Positions 49,901 through 64,000 of a stretch of 64,000 nucleotides of DNA are shown here, piece by piece (the first letter of the stretch is position 1; every line of letters starts with the position of its first letter). Position numbers and translations under genes: made by a program. The notes under the pieces are model-generated. The model ran no database searches and was not told the DNA's origin. It saw only the letters and a program-made list of their open reading frames with translations. Origin of the DNA: Balanoglossus misakiensis (Eukaryota > Animalia > Hemichordata); assembly GCA_040954595.2 (NCBI GenBank), contig CM082587.2:4420093-4484092 (forward strand). Reading direction: 5' to 3'.

Positions 49901-52900
49901 ATTGGCAAATTTGAAACTACGTTTTAGTTTGAGGGGGAGGGGGGGGGGTTATCTCAGTGTTTCAGTTCTGCGCAGTTTGTGTGTGTTCAATACGATGATA
50001 AAGGAAGCACACTGAATTTGTTAGCAGAGAATGAGAGAGTGCACCATCTTTCTTTACGGCATTTGGCGCTTGGCAATTACCCTTCCTCAGCATAGCTGTG
50101 CAATGAAGACAATTCATGATCGTTTACAGCAAATGGATCTAATTCAGGTGATCTTATCCAACATTTGACAGCATATCTACTACTCGGTTTTGATTGAGAC
50201 ATTCTGGCCAGAATCTGACTGCACATTACCTGCCGGTTGCCCAGAGAAATTAACGACAGGGCGTAAAATTTCATGGCTTGCTGCTTATTTCGCCGGCAAA
50301 AGGACACATTGTTCGCTCTGACTCAGAGACCTGTAATCCAAAAGGCTGTAAAAGCAATGAGAAAATATAAAGGAGGAATTACAGAGTAATTTTGGAAAGT
50401 TAATAGACTCAGAGGGAATTTTGTCGCGGTAATCTACTTCTTTGAAATGGTTCATAGTGTGGCCTCTTTATTGCTGCATAACATTTTACTTCAAATCTTA
50501 CTACATATATAGTCGACAACTGACCTCGTTTGGAATCAGATCTTTTTATTTTATAACTGCAGGTAACTTTTTTGTATACTGTGCTTGTAAGTTAAATGCT
50601 GACCAAGGATTCATTCCTGCACAGCTAGACTGGAGTTTAAAAAAACACAGATTTTGTTCTGATTAAATCGCTCAATAAATTGAGACAATTTTCATAATCC
50701 CGAGGGTTACCCCTGGTGTTGCAATTCGTAATTATGGAAAACTGTGCACTGAAAGGCAATCACACAAAATATGGTCCGTAGGGCTTTCCAGGTCATTCAA
50801 CTGACCTCATCTAATAGAGAGATTTGTCTCCCTGACGTAACCAGACGTTGTCAGGCTGTCAGGTCATGGTACCAGGTTACAGCATGTGCTGTAGATGATT
50901 TAACACAGTGGTGATGTTGGACTGCGCGTACTTCTTCTTTTCTGTCTTTTTCTCAGGCTTAGTATGCACTTTTAGAATTTGAGTAAATATCAAAGATACA
51001 ATAGTAAAAATGCTGGAAATGGATCTCTCAATATAACATGAGAATTTTAGATGGTACATGTCCTCATTTTGGCCATTCTGGTATCACTGTATGTTCCCTA
51101 AAACATAGGATGATTTTATCCCAATTACGGCTGTATTATTGTGGCTGGTCGTCAGTTGCGAGTCGCCTAATTTCCCTGGTGAGAGCACTTTTGCTCCGGG
51201 GGTGACCGTGGTGTGAATCCTGATCATCGCACAATCGAAATGAAGCTTTGTAAGTGTGTATGGTATTGCTTTTTATAGTTACTTCAAACGATGGCCGTTC
51301 CTGGCTTATTTCCTGTTCAGGAAGGCTCATAATTGCATGTTGTGATTAGTGTGGGTGTGAGACCACTTTTTTGTGACATTTATTTTTAACGCACGAAAAT
51401 CTCAAGTACAACGGGTCCATGAGGGCGCTCATAAGAATCTTCTGTTGCTGCCATCATCTCTAAATCTCATCTTGTTTCCGCTCTTTTGTTTCCACATTGT
51501 TTCGCTCTAATGCAAAGATGTGTTTCATCGTCTGTGACCATGGCAACCTGCTTGTAACACTATCCTGTATCTTTTCTATCTGCCATCCGGTCCCATACAG
51601 GGCAACACAAAGTCTCCAGTGGAAATATACCCATCTCTATGCCTCATTTGCTGTATCTTTTCAAAATCAGGCTGCCGACACTTTACAGAGGGCGACGCAC
51701 TTTTGAATTTATGAAGTATTGAGAAGGAATGTATACACTGTTCACTGTTTTGGGTGTGTATATCCTCCTTGTGATTATCTCGTTCAAGTGAATCCTCAGG
51801 AAGGAAAGGACAAAAAAGGAAATGCCCACCTTGCGCATGCTGGAGTTCACTTTCTAGGAATTGCGAACACGGAATGATAGCGGAAATTAACAGAATATCT
51901 TGGGGGCAAGACGGATGATCTTGTATGGTTTGGTTCTGAGTAGAGACTTGGGGTATGGCACATGCAGGATGTAATGTTTTCAGCGCTGGGCGTGAGGGTT
52001 GTGACTGTCAGGGCAGCGATGTTTGATTGCGATAATATCCATCCATTTTCTAAAGTTCATATCAAATGTACAGTATTTACATGGCCAGACAGTCACAAAA
52101 CTATATACAGCACTGCACAGACGATTCACAAAACACATGAAAGAAAGATATATGGACTGCCAGCAAAAAATACCTAACATATGATGTTTATAGGTAAATC
52201 GAAAATAGTCATTGCACCCTGCCCCACATGTGCCACCTGCCATATATCAATCTTGAAGTCAAAAATAGTAAACAGTCACACACTAAAGACAAATGTCACC
52301 GATGCCAATCAGTGATCATTTGCTTTTAGGTTGCTTAATCACTTATAAAAGTGACTCCAGGTCCTGCCCGGCTGACTCCAGAGGAAATGCCAGCCAGTTC
52401 TGTTTAGGGATACCTGTAAGGTCTCAATAGCTGCCAGGCACACTGCATCCCGTCTCTCGTGGGAGTTGAAATCCAGTTAGAAGCCATCGAGTCATCCTGA
52501 ATTGCAATTAATGGGGGATGCTTGGGAAGATAGCAGAGGGCTTAGCCATGGGTTTCATGTAATGAGTGTGGGTCTCACAAGTAGAGACTTAAAACATCTG
52601 AACTGTGTCGTGGCACGAATTTGCTGTTTAGACTTCCAGACTTTGTGACTGCCATAGGATATACTGCTGGGACAGGTTGTCGAGAAAGTGTGTATGTTTG
52701 AATTTCCTTTCTTCTTGCAGACATAGTTTTCTCATTTCAGACTGTCTCCAACAAATTTTCATAACACAAAACTTTTATCGGCCATTTTGAATTTCAAACA
52801 CTTGTAACTTGGCAACAATGATGCCTTTTAATTTTCCTCAAGAAGCCCCTGATGTTATCACCAAGAAATGTTTCCTACGCAACATAAACATTTTACAAGC

Positions 52901-55900
52901 TGTCCTTTCCCCATCACCATAAAATAAACGTTATGTACACGGAACCATTCACCCACTAGGCTTGTCTGCATTCTGCAGTGAAACACAATTTACCGTTCAT
53001 TTATCGACGAGGGGGATAAATCCAACAGAAGAGAGAGAGAGAAAAAAATACTCCACCATTGTACGGATCGAAACTTGTCCAGAACTTCCCTCCCCTGAGA
53101 GTTACAGTGTCTTGACCTGCGTAATGACGTGACTCAACTTTCACGATCAATCAATAAAGCCCTAATGCAGTGGTCTCTGCCGCGGGCCCGAGGGACGGCG
53201 CGCGAAACGAGTGCAGCTGAGATCAGTCTGCAACGTGAATGATGATTGTACCCCGCTTCTGGTAAACCCTGTTTGCTTTCATTTATTCCTGGCTGGCTTT
53301 CAAATTAATGTTTGATTTGGGAGGACTGGAAGTCGATCGCGGGATATTTTCGGCAACCCCTTACCCTTTAAAACCGATCTCACGTGGAGCCGCAGTAATT
53401 TGAGTCTAACGCGCACAGAACATGGGGGTGAACGATTAAAGAAAATTATAAATTTCATGGCTGTGGCTTTTTATTGCTGATGTACTGCTGTGGGGGAAAA
53501 ACATTAAAATGTCCCATTTTATGGCAATAAGTAGTTAGTCGTGTTTTATTCTCAAGTGTTTTCACACCCCAAACATTACAAGTATTTTATTACCTAAACT
53601 TTTGATTAAATTCATAAAATGTATCTTACAGTCAGAAAGTTCTTATAATAGCTCGTACTGTAATTCTATCAAAGGTTTCTTTCTCTGTATCTCATTTGTC
53701 GTATCACAACCTTTGGTGGCACCATTTAACCTATAGCTAGTCAGTTGATGGCAAGGCTAGACCATAATGGAGAACATGTTTTAATCCTTCCTCAGTTTCA
53801 CCCCAATAGTTTTAATGATCTTGCTTATCCTCAGGGATGTGCACTTATTACACCTTATGTTGAGACATGTTGCTTTTAAGGTACAAAGTCACTTATAAAT
53901 AAGAGTCAAGGCAAACGACTAAATGAAATATTTCTTGTTGAATTTCAGGATCTAAGATTCGGAATGGTCAAGGTAAGTTTATGGAGACTTTGCATTTCCA
54001 AGGTACATGAATGGGAGGATGGTGAGAGTCATACTTCATTGGTACCAGAGGCCCCAAAATCATTGAGTTTAGCTTCCTTGTGGTTTGGATATGAAGATGA
54101 AACAACATGCAGCTGTCACACAGCATGGGATTTTGTGGGTTGCATGACTTGTTGATTTTCATACCACATTTACATTGTATTGTCAAGCCAAATGTGCCTG
54201 TGTGTCTGTGTGTGTATGTCTGTCTGTGTGTGTGTACATCCACCCTCTTTAAAGATACAGTGCCTTTTTCCAAGAGTACATTGCAAGGTCATTGCGAACA
54301 CATAAATGTCTTGTCAGTATTGTTCATTGTCAGAACTGTGAACAACGTTAGAAACGTGAACTGTTCCATTTCTCTAGCTGTGGGAATACTATTAGCATTC
54401 AGGACTTTACTCCGGAACAGGTAATTCACAGGAATTGGTTTTCCATTACAGAAAGGAAATCATCTCGCTCAAGTTCGCCTTGGCTTTTTTTGTATGCTTG
54501 CAGCATACATGCCCCAGTGCATTTCAAAGCGAGTCTGTACGAGTCCTTCCCTGTCTTCTATAGAAATTCTATAGATATTTATAGAATATTTTTGTAAGCG
54601 CATGGATGTATACTTCCTCATTTTCTATCTGGTTGTGAATACCGAGAACATTTATTGACTTCGTGTGAATGTGAACAAACACTGCTGCAAAGGTTATTGA
54701 TAGTTCAAAGTTTGACAAAATTTTAACAGAAGGCACAACAATTAAAGCCCCGCGGGGGCTGAACTGCAGTGCCTCTGGAGCGCTTAATGTGAATAGCACC
54801 TGGTGTGCACCTGTTTTTTTCAAGAATGATTTGATACAGAAACCAGTCAGTTCAGAAATGGGTTGGATAGAATGCCGCAGGTCAGTCGTCTGTCTGCTAC
54901 GGGCAAAGTACTGTTTATTTTTAGCGCAGGTTTTAGCTGTTTCTACGTGTCTATATCCACGTTGTGTCGTGCTGCAGCTCTGCTATCATAATATTATATG
55001 TGCCTATATACATGTATTTTTGGCCCGCGTACAACAACCGCTATACTTTATGTATGCGTGAATGCATTACAAAATATTCCATGATACAGGATGTTCCACC
55101 CTCTCTCGCTGCAGTGTAGTTTACATTCGTGAAAGAACTGATGCAGCTTTTAGGTTAAAATACTTCAGACGACAAATTCGCACCAGACTATTCATTGGCT
55201 TTTATGTTGAAATGCTTTCAAGCGGGAATTGAGATGGATCTGCTCGTCTACAAATCCCAGCAGTAAAGGCGCTCGTCGCTGAGACATCTCAAATTGAACC
55301 AGCCTGAGTGGCATCATTGAGTCTGGCTTTAGACTCACAGAAATCATTTCGTGTTTCACCCATTCAGTAGTTTCACTGTACCTTTTGTTAACTTGGTTTC
55401 TGTTTTCTAAGTAAAAGAAGCCTGCATTTCTCATCAAATTAGAGGCATCAATCTTCCTTTATCATGTCGACAAGTAAATTACATCATAGATATGATCGTT
55501 ACTGTCTAGACAGTTACCGATTTTTTTTCAGTTGCTATAATACAATCATTTTCGGTCTAATCCACAACACAAGCATATTGTGATATTTGTTAGGAAATGA
55601 TCAGTATCATTTGAAACAAATCCACGCTGCTTTTTCAGCGACTTAACTTTCCCATCTGCAATTTTATCAGACTAGGATGGTGGTTTGTTTTCTCCATTGC
55701 TGTCATTAGTGCTGGGATACAGATACCGAAAAGAGTTCATAATTTCATGGCAACAAAAAATGGACACTAGTAATTGCATTTAATGGTTTGTAAATTAAAA
55801 AATGCAAATTAATATGTCAGAATGGGATTTCTTAGTGGGGGAGGGGGTAGCAGGAAAGCTATTACAGGGACAAAACAGTGTCAAAGATTTCAATTACTAC

Positions 55901-58900
55901 CTGGGATGATTTTCGGTGAAGAATAATTAAGGACTTTCTGTTTTGATAATGGGAGTCACGCGGGTAAATATCTGAAAGAATGCAGTGCTCTCTCTGTAAA
56001 TGGAAAAAAAAATTGCTGTAGAGTGTCTGAGGGCAGGGCTTTTTTGACGTCAAACGTTCCGTGGTGGCCCTCGTGGCCTCCCGGTGACCCCTGGGAGAAC
56101 GCATGGCCCTAGTGCACTTCTAATGACCTCTGTAAAGAACAAAACAGATGCTGTTGCAATCCTGTGTGATCTTTTTATTGGGATTATAAATGGAAAACTA
56201 AAAAAGCTCCATGGTATGCCGTTCTCCATTCAACATTGTTGCCATTATTTGTTTGACAAGTTGGCGTATTGCATTTGCTGCATCATTAATTCTCCGTTGA
56301 AATGTTGCATTTAGCTTTTAATGTTTTTTTAATGCAAGCATTGCCTCTATTTAAAAAGTGGAATTGTTACAATTTTGGCCTGCAAGCTTCTTTTCACCAC
56401 TGATGATAAGGTTTTAAATATATTGTGAAAAAAACAGTCCATATGGCACTACAATGTTATCGGAAATTTTATAACCAAGCTATGGCTGTAGTTTTATCAC
56501 AAGTGGAAGTTATTGTTCCCATACAGACAAATCAATACAAACGGTTATAACCCAACCAAACTAAAAGAACATGTTCCCCATTCAGACAAGTCAATAACCC
56601 AACCAAACCACATCACTGCACCCGGCCAACAGCTAAATCTTCCAAAATAATAATGTTTTTGTAACACCAGAGGGCGGGCTACATTCGTATGTTATTAAAG
56701 AGACACGACTTCTTGTTACCATTATAGTTAAACGTGGTAATGACATGCTTATTTGTTTGAAATGTAGACATGGGAGGGCGCTCTCATTGGAAACCCAGGG
56801 AAGGTACTTTTCGTGAGAGTGTCTCACTGGGCCACTTTATTTAATATTCAACCTCGCTCGATATCACCATTTATATATAAACACAAACTCACTAGTATTA
56901 CATAACAAATAAATAAAATTATTTTTACAGATTGTGATACAATGTACTACCAGAAATTACATGTATGTCACATTGTAGAGGATTAGTGCTTCTTATGCCC
57001 AATGCAAGGTGAAAGCAGATCTGTTACTAACCGAGAGTTCAACATTTTTCTGCCAACAGAATAAAATGTGTAGTATCTGAAATAAAATGGGGGCAATTCT
57101 GTGAGAAGATTCCACTGCAATCCAACAACTGATTTTGAAAGCAGACATTCTGTTTTACAAAATCTATGTGGATGGTATAGAAACAAAAAGAAGCCATGTC
57201 ATTGTTTGAGGCAATGACGTCCGCAATTTTTATTTTCCACGCATTTCCGCAAGCTTAGTCTTCAGCGTGGCCATTGTTGCCATCACAACGACACGTGAAT
57301 GACCAACGTCACTGTCACGTTGGGCGCCCTTTAAGTACTGATAGATCGGTAGTCATCATTCACCCCTGGTCTGCACTTCCTGTACGCAGCGACGACAGCT
57401 TGGAAGCCAATACCTTCCGTTTTTGTTCTTTGTATTGGTTTTTTGTATGTTGTGTTTTCACCCAATTTGGCAAACTGATATCTTCTGCACAGAAAAAGTA
57501 CAGGTCACACTATCCATTATTAAAACCATAGTCAATTTGACAGGTTGCCATATGTATACTGAATCACTGTGCCGGGAGTGATGTTTGTGCCAGAAAAATA
57601 TGGCTGGCTTAACAATAAACTGTGACTTCGGAAGTAGGTCGTACGTTGCCTTGGCAATGGCAAAGCAGACGTGGAAATTACTGTTCAATGTTGCGTATGG
57701 CATACATAATGCACCCACTTTTTAGTAGAAAATAGATCAGCTGTACAAGTCTCTTACCACAGACTGGTAAGAGATCACAGCAATTTAACTACCCCCTCCC
57801 CACCTAGTGATGCAGTCCTTGTGAAGTGAAGCACTGTGGGATGAGAAGCAGTCACATGACCACCTCCTATGGTCACATGATCAAGGGTTGTTTCCAGACA
57901 TAATTGCCAGGCTGTCTTTGATGTGATTAGGAGTTTTGCTGATTGACAGCAAAACTAGCAATCGTGGACCATCTTTGTCCAAATCCCTCTGGGTTTGTGT
58001 TAAAGGGAGTCCTAACAGTATAGTTCACACAGCTGATTGCCAGATTTGTGCCACAAGTAAATTGTCAAAGCACCACTTACTCTCTTTGTTGGGTTTTGTA
58101 TTCTCAAATAAATGAAAGAATTTCAGTTTTAATCAACATTAATGGGATTTAAATCAAATGGGACACTATATGATCAAAGAGAAAAATGTAAAATGAAGAA
58201 ATTCCATTTTGGGAAGTAATAGACGATCAGAAGGCTTGATTGGACGATAAGGCCTTTAAATAAAATCCAACTGGCTTCCTTTTCAAGGTATCTGCTTGTG
58301 GTACATGTTTTCAATGGAATTCAATTGTGTCTGCCATAAAGTGGTCTCTGATTCAATTTCTCATACCGGCAGGGACACACACAAATGGCGCAGGTCTTGC
58401 TTTGAACAAATTTACCCGCGCCCATACACAGTGCCATTTTGTTGATTAATCCCCGGGAAAGGAGATTCATCCCTCCCTGAAAAGGAACCGTCCTAGTTAT
58501 TAACTGCTCAACTTTTATGTTACTCGTCAAGTTTGTCACTTTAATCGCAAAGCACATTTGGCTCTGCATCTTTTGTACGCAGGATCTGAACTACCCGCAT
58601 AAAAAAAAATCAGCCATTTAAATCTCTGTTTCATCAAACATCAGTACGGAGAACAGTTAGAAAGAGCCAAACCTAGGCCAAATCCTTCATATTGGTTTAT
58701 TTTCCCCCAGGGTCGTGTGATACCCCAATGACAGGAGCAAAAACAAAATCCTGTGCTTATTTTGAAACCCCCCTCCCCCCGGAAGTGCTCTCCGACCCGA
58801 GGTTAGTTCCGTGACAATCACAAAGGATGTACTATTCCAGTTTGAGATGTTAAAAGCACTCTGGATGGGAAAAATAAAACACTTCCACCTGCGGATGTGG

Positions 58901-61584
58901 CACTGAAAGCTAAGCAGCGGTCGTTCCTTTGCATTTCTGTGCATTACCAGGTATTAGCGGTGGTATTAGGTAATGTTTTGAAAGAGGAACGAGATCGTTA
59001 ATATCCGCTCTTTTGTTTCATAATCCATTATGGTGTAATTACTTGTTTTCAATAACTCCGTTTCTCTTTCACATATATTATAAAACCTTAAAGCATCTCT
59101 CGTCTCCCGTCACAAATACACCCACACTCGCTGCTTTTAAAAATCGAAAAGGTTCAATATGTTTTTCTCTTGAGCCTTTTTGTTGTGTGCTGTACACCGT
59201 AGGACCATTTTCACTGCTCACAAATCATACGTCATTGTGACAGCTGGCGTTCAAAATATTGTCACGAAAAGGGATATCCGGTCTGAAGGGGATTTTGAAA
59301 ATGCGTCTCAAAAATCACAGTCTTAAACTTTCATATTTTGATCATATACATGACAACCTAGTAAGATCACCATTTTGGTTATAATGTCAGTTTGCTTAAC
59401 TCATTTATGGCTAACAAGATTTTGACCCAGAAAAATCTTACCGTAATGAGTCAGCTATCAACAGTGATTTCCTTATTGTCAAAATATGTACTTGAAAATG
59501 ATTATGATGTACTCGAAATGTGCCACGTAACCTTGTATTTTAATGAGTCATTTGTTCGCTACATGAATAGAGTAAACCCCCCCAGTATCTTTGTTTAAAA
59601 GCCCAGATGGAGGAAAATTGAGCATTTTTATTACAAACGTTTATCACTGAAGGACAGTGTGAAAGACAAATTCAGTGAAATATGAAAATCAATACCAGCA
59701 TGTCTCGATAATTTAGATGAAATTACCGTATTATATTGAAAAGGCAGTTATTATCTCAATGATATTCCTTGTTGGTTTTAGCCTTGTACAGTTTTATTGG
59801 GGTTGCCTTGTGTACAGCATGATTATAAATCACACTGGACTCATATTCTGCTCACAAATAATAATTTTTGAGATTGTTTAAAGAAAGTGGGTGCTGTGTG
59901 CAAAAGAGACAATTTTTTTGGTCTATACATGTATGTTCTTATATAGCCACCTTGTTTTGTCTTAGACTGAGTTGAACCCAACCCCAGAATAAAGTAGTAC
60001 AGTGCTTGTAGGTCTCAGGATTAGGATTTTACAGATAAGCAGATATGGTCATAGTCAATAACACCTCAATCCAGTACAGTATACTAGTTTGGATTCCCCA
60101 CATGCCCTGTAGTCCTGGCGATCAAGATAAATGCCTTTATAACCATTCTGGGTGAACATGTTGACAGGTAACAAGATCAACGTGTGATATAAAAACTGAA
60201 TGTGGATAACTCTATACACAATGTGGATTTGATGAGAATTGATTATCTGCGCACAGCTGTGACCGCAGTTTGTATAGAGAAATGTCAATGTCAATAGTTG
60301 TAACATATACATGTAGATGTAGTCACTGAGGCTTATAATTAAAGGGAATAATATACAAAAAAAAACACAATCAGTCTGTGCTTGATTTTTGATAGAGTCA
60401 TTCAGGTATTTCTTGTCATTGAACAAGGTAAATGTGTATGGTAATGAGAATGCTAAAACAATAATGTTGACTCAGCATTTTACCTCCTTTTTTAGACCCT
60501 CTAATTGTAAAAGGTAAGATGAGAACAGCCTGTATTACGTTTAAAAAATTTGTTGATGAAGAACATCAAAATAACAAGCATTTTTATCACACCCCAAAGA
60601 TATAAATACAAAGTAACAGTGGGAAGTTAGTGTCAGCAGAAATACAAATGTACTACAGAGTTTAAATTTGCTAGCCTTCAGGGCATGGACTGATAGTATT
60701 AAATCACATAAACCCAGCTGTCACCTATACATAAAACGATAATCGTCATTTTTCCACACATTTGACAATGAACATGTTCACAGGTCCAGAACTAATCCTA
60801 ATACACGTATAGTCCTATTCAATAACAGCAATTCTTTCATGGAAATCCTCAACATTTACAGTTAGATTACATGTTAACAGGTTTGATAGGGTGAGCTCAC
60901 GGCGCATAAAGTTTTATGACTTGCCGTATATCATGTGGCATAATTTATTTGTCAATACACTGACAAATTAATGGTATCCAGCCTGTTGCGTATAACATTT
61001 TCTCTGATGTGTATTTTACAGCGATTTCATTACTTGGGTTTTATGTCTGCTGTGTGTCTTAGTTTATGATCTAAACGTTATTATTTTTTGGTGGTCTGAT
61101 ACTTCGATTCTGTCAAAGATTTGTTGCATTCTTGTCGTAGGGAAACTGTGTGGATTGGCCTTTTTTATGTTGTTGGCATTTTCAGTGTTAAGCTTGTATG
61201 GTTCATCAATGTCTCCTGATGTTAAGTGCCCATCAGATTAAGTTATGCATTTAAATTGAAGAGCTTTTATCACCATATTCCCCTGGATAAATTTTCTTTT
61301 ATTCAATAGACAATAACAGATTCACTTTGCTCTGCTTTGGTGCAAAAGGTTGATTTTTTGATGCAATAATAAACCAGCAACTGTCTGTATTTGGTTTGAT
61401 GAAAGTATGTTTTTTTTTGCTCATGCTTTTATGTGAGAAACTGTTGCATAAAGCTGCTTAACAAAATTGACTATGCCAAAGCATATTAGTGTTTGTGGTG
61501 ACAGCTGCTTTCGGAAAGCGTTGATTCAATATATGAACCAACTTCAATTTAGAAGAGATTTCTGGAGATCCTGGGAGCTGCCAA

Positions 61585-63099
61585 ATGAACATGACACTCT
61601 GTTCAAAGCGGTTTCCCAGGTTTCTGTCTCCAGTTTTGTTACTCTTGCTTTGCCTTTGCACTGCGTTGTACGTGGCCTTCGCAGCATACGGACGAAATGA
61701 GCCAACGCCCGTCCCGCATGCCCTGGACGCCACCCTGTCATCCGCGGCGAGCTGGACCTTTGTTGCCAGCGGCAGCACCGAAGCTTATCCGCCTATTAAG
61801 TCATCAGCACCGGGACAGGAACAGGCCATGTTTGCAGAGTTGCTGCTGCGGCTACGAGACAAGAGAAAAGCCATGGCCGAAGAGGCCAGAGCCTTGAATC
61901 TGACCACCGCCATGTTGGAGAAAGCCCTGGTCAGCCAGACCCACGCTGACCGCCTGAAGTCCACCATAACTGAGACAGTACTGGCAAAAAGGACCCTGAA
62001 GATCGGGGCTCTGGGTGGTTCCATCACTAATGGCTATCTGATGAGGAAAAGTTTCATCTACGCCAACATTTACGGAAAGGGCTTACAAGAACTCCTCGGT
62101 GTTCCCGTGGTCGTGTACCGGGGCGCGGAGAACAGCATGGGAAGTTACTACTTCCAATATTGCTCCCAAGAGTACTTGGACCTGGAGGAAATGGACCTGA
62201 TACTGGGAGATTTTGCCGTGAATGATGGCTACGGCGATGTCTCAGCCGTTCCACAGGAAAAGCTTCTAAGACAGATGCTGTGTCTACCAAAGCAGCCCCA
62301 GATAATTTATGTCAACTTCCTCATGGGCACACACCTCAAACGTGGGGACTGCTGGAATGATGAGAGTGATGAAATCTCACCACTGAGCAAGCACTATTCA
62401 GTTCCCTCGTTGAGTTTCGATGCCATGGTGTGTCCGGGTCAGGTGGACAAACTGAAATCCTTGTACTCGCGGGACGACAATCATCCAAATCAGCTGGCTC
62501 ATCAGATGATGTCACATGTACTATTGAGCTTCACAGCCAATGTACTGCTGAGTTTGTGTAGCACGGTGCTAGAAAATCCAGAAGTTGCACTCGGCAAACA
62601 AAACACACAGGAGGACAGGGAGCAATGCGACCTGGCGTTGCCACGGGGACTATGGGTGAAACCTGCAGACAAGCCCCACTATAATAAATGCTGGATAAAA
62701 AATGCACCCCCAAGGAAGGTCTCTGGTACAGTTGGGAATGAACTGACACCCACGACACTGGATCCCGCTTGGTTGTCGATGAAGCATGGGTTCCGGACCT
62801 CCGCAGCAAACGCAACAATCAAGTTTAACTTTTCGGTTGTTTTCAGGGGTGCAGGCGAGTGCAACCTCTCCCTGTGTGTCGTGCCAATTCCGGGCGGTGG
62901 CAGAAGTCTGGTGACAGTCACACAGGGCGTCGCCACGCAGCCGATTGCATCCATAGTGGCCGCAGACCATCATCCACCACTTCCCTCCTCTTGTTGCTGG
63001 GTGTTTGCTTCCACGGTAACACCTGGCGACCTTTCGCTGACAATCACGTCCCTCCAAAACAAAGCCTGGGAATTCAGAGTTGTGGCTGTGCATTGCTGA
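61585..63099 (+). CDS. Intronless type-II membrane SGNH/GDSL-fold hydrolase (putative glycan O-acyl esterase or transferase), 504 aa
   Basis: 1515-nt open frame, visibly more GC-rich than its flanks. N-terminal hydrophobic anchor (FLSPVLLLLLCLCTALYVAFAAY), block I IGALGGSIT, block III DLILGDFAVND, block V RDDNHPNQLAH (DxxH), followed by a Cys-rich beta-type C-terminal region. Confidence 0.85.
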   Translation: MNMTLCSKRFPRFLSPVLLLLLCLCTALYVAFAAYGRNEPTPVPHALDATLSSAASWTFVASGSTEAYPPIKSSAPGQEQAMFAELLLRLRDKRKAMAEEARALNLTTAMLEKALVSQTHADRLKSTITETVLAKRTLKIGALGGSITNGYLMRKSFIYANIYGKGLQELLGVPVVVYRGAENSMGSYYFQYCSQEYLDLEEMDLILGDFAVNDGYGDVSAVPQEKLLRQMLCLPKQPQIIYVNFLMGTHLKRGDCWNDESDEISPLSKHYSVPSLSFDAMVCPGQVDKLKSLYSRDDNHPNQLAHQMMSHVLLSFTANVLLSLCSTVLENPEVALGKQNTQEDREQCDLALPRGLWVKPADKPHYNKCWIKNAPPRKVSGTVGNELTPTTLDPAWLSMKHGFRTSAANATIKFNFSVVFRGAGECNLSLCVVPIPGGGRSLVTVTQGVATQPIASIVAADHHPPLPSSCCWVFASTVTPGDLSLTITSLQNKAWEFRVVAVHC

Positions 63100-64000
63100 C
63101 AATTTCTAACTTTATACCTTTTACTCCCTGATCCCCTATATCATCATTTGGAAGATTTCTTGCAAGCAGAATTCATAGGTTTCAGACGGACTAGAACTGG
63201 AATGAGCAAAGTTGCCTGCTGTTTCAAGTACTTTTGGTTGTCTGTTATTTGCATCCAATTTTACCTGTCGTCAGCCAGCATGCTCTTTGTCACTTGTTTG
63301 CTTGAATACTTAAATATTATACCCATGTACTGTAATAAATTACGGTATTATTTAATCATGCTTGCTGTGGCAGTTCAGCGTCTGACAGCAGCTATTTCAT
63401 CGAACTATCAAATATCATTCACGATCTAAAACAACCCAAAATGTGATATCTTTAGGGATATTATTTGACCAATAACAGACGTGCATCAGACTTGTTTGAC
63501 CTTTGACACATCTTCCCCAAACAGCAAATTGGCATTAACTATTCATATTTGTCAAGATTTTGAAAGTAGTCATTGTCATACAAATACTGGTAGATGTGTT
63601 AAGATTGTGGAAAACCAAAGCACTAATTATCTGGGTTTTTTTTTTAAGATTTTGCCTTCAATATCAATTGGGCTTTCAAGATAAGATAAAATGTGACCTT
63701 TACCTTTCGTCAAGGTCGAAGGATAGTGATGAATTATAAAATAGCCATTAAATATGAATTGATACATAAATTATTTGCGATTACTTGAATGTGTTTCCTT
63801 TGTTTCACATCATTTAATTGGCAGGATGGGTTGGTTGGTAGATAACCAAGTATTTATTTAAAAGTCCATGAACATTGACAGTTTAGTGATCACACTAAAT
63901 TATGCAGTAGTAATAGTAGTATAAATAAGGGCTGGAAAACATAAAAATGTAATGTTTAAATGTGTAAATATTTGGCTTTTCTTGAGTAGATGCTTCTATG

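Noticed and set aside
61458-63131. Multiple short ORFs overlapping the SGNH gene on both strands
   Set aside because: Shadow ORFs of a GC-richer coding region; only the 504-aa frame has coherent motifs.

Overview
Eukaryotic (metazoan, probably invertebrate) genomic DNA, AT-rich with GT-AG introns; no prokaryotic features, rRNA, tRNA or CRISPR were seen. The first ~20 kb is gene-dense and holds four intron-rich genes that I spliced by hand: (1) a 10-exon farnesyl-diphosphate-synthase (FDPS)-like gene on the minus strand (317-3968); (2) a J1-crystallin/selenoprotein-J-family ADP-ribosylglycohydrolase-like gene with Cys at the Sec position (5370-7685, +); (3) the small-RNA 2'-O-methyltransferase HENMT1 (8056-10166, -); (4) an RGS3-like C2-PDZ gene continuing into a degenerate DH-PH module (12453 to at least 19780, +). 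About 41 kb follows with no recognisable coding exon, but it contains MITEs, a minisatellite and transcription-factor motif clusters. The window ends with an intronless 504-aa membrane-anchored SGNH hydrolase (61585-63099, +). The most interesting signal is the FDPS-like gene. Its reading frame is intact and it keeps the first DDxxD motif and the allylic-substrate residues. However, it has lost IPP-binding features (GKxxR becomes GKRVC and the C-terminal basic tail is gone) and its second motif is NDFDD. This resembles the pattern in IDS-derived terpene synthases of insects, so it is a candidate neofunctionalised terpene synthase. All calls rest on manual translation and motif recall; no database searches were run.
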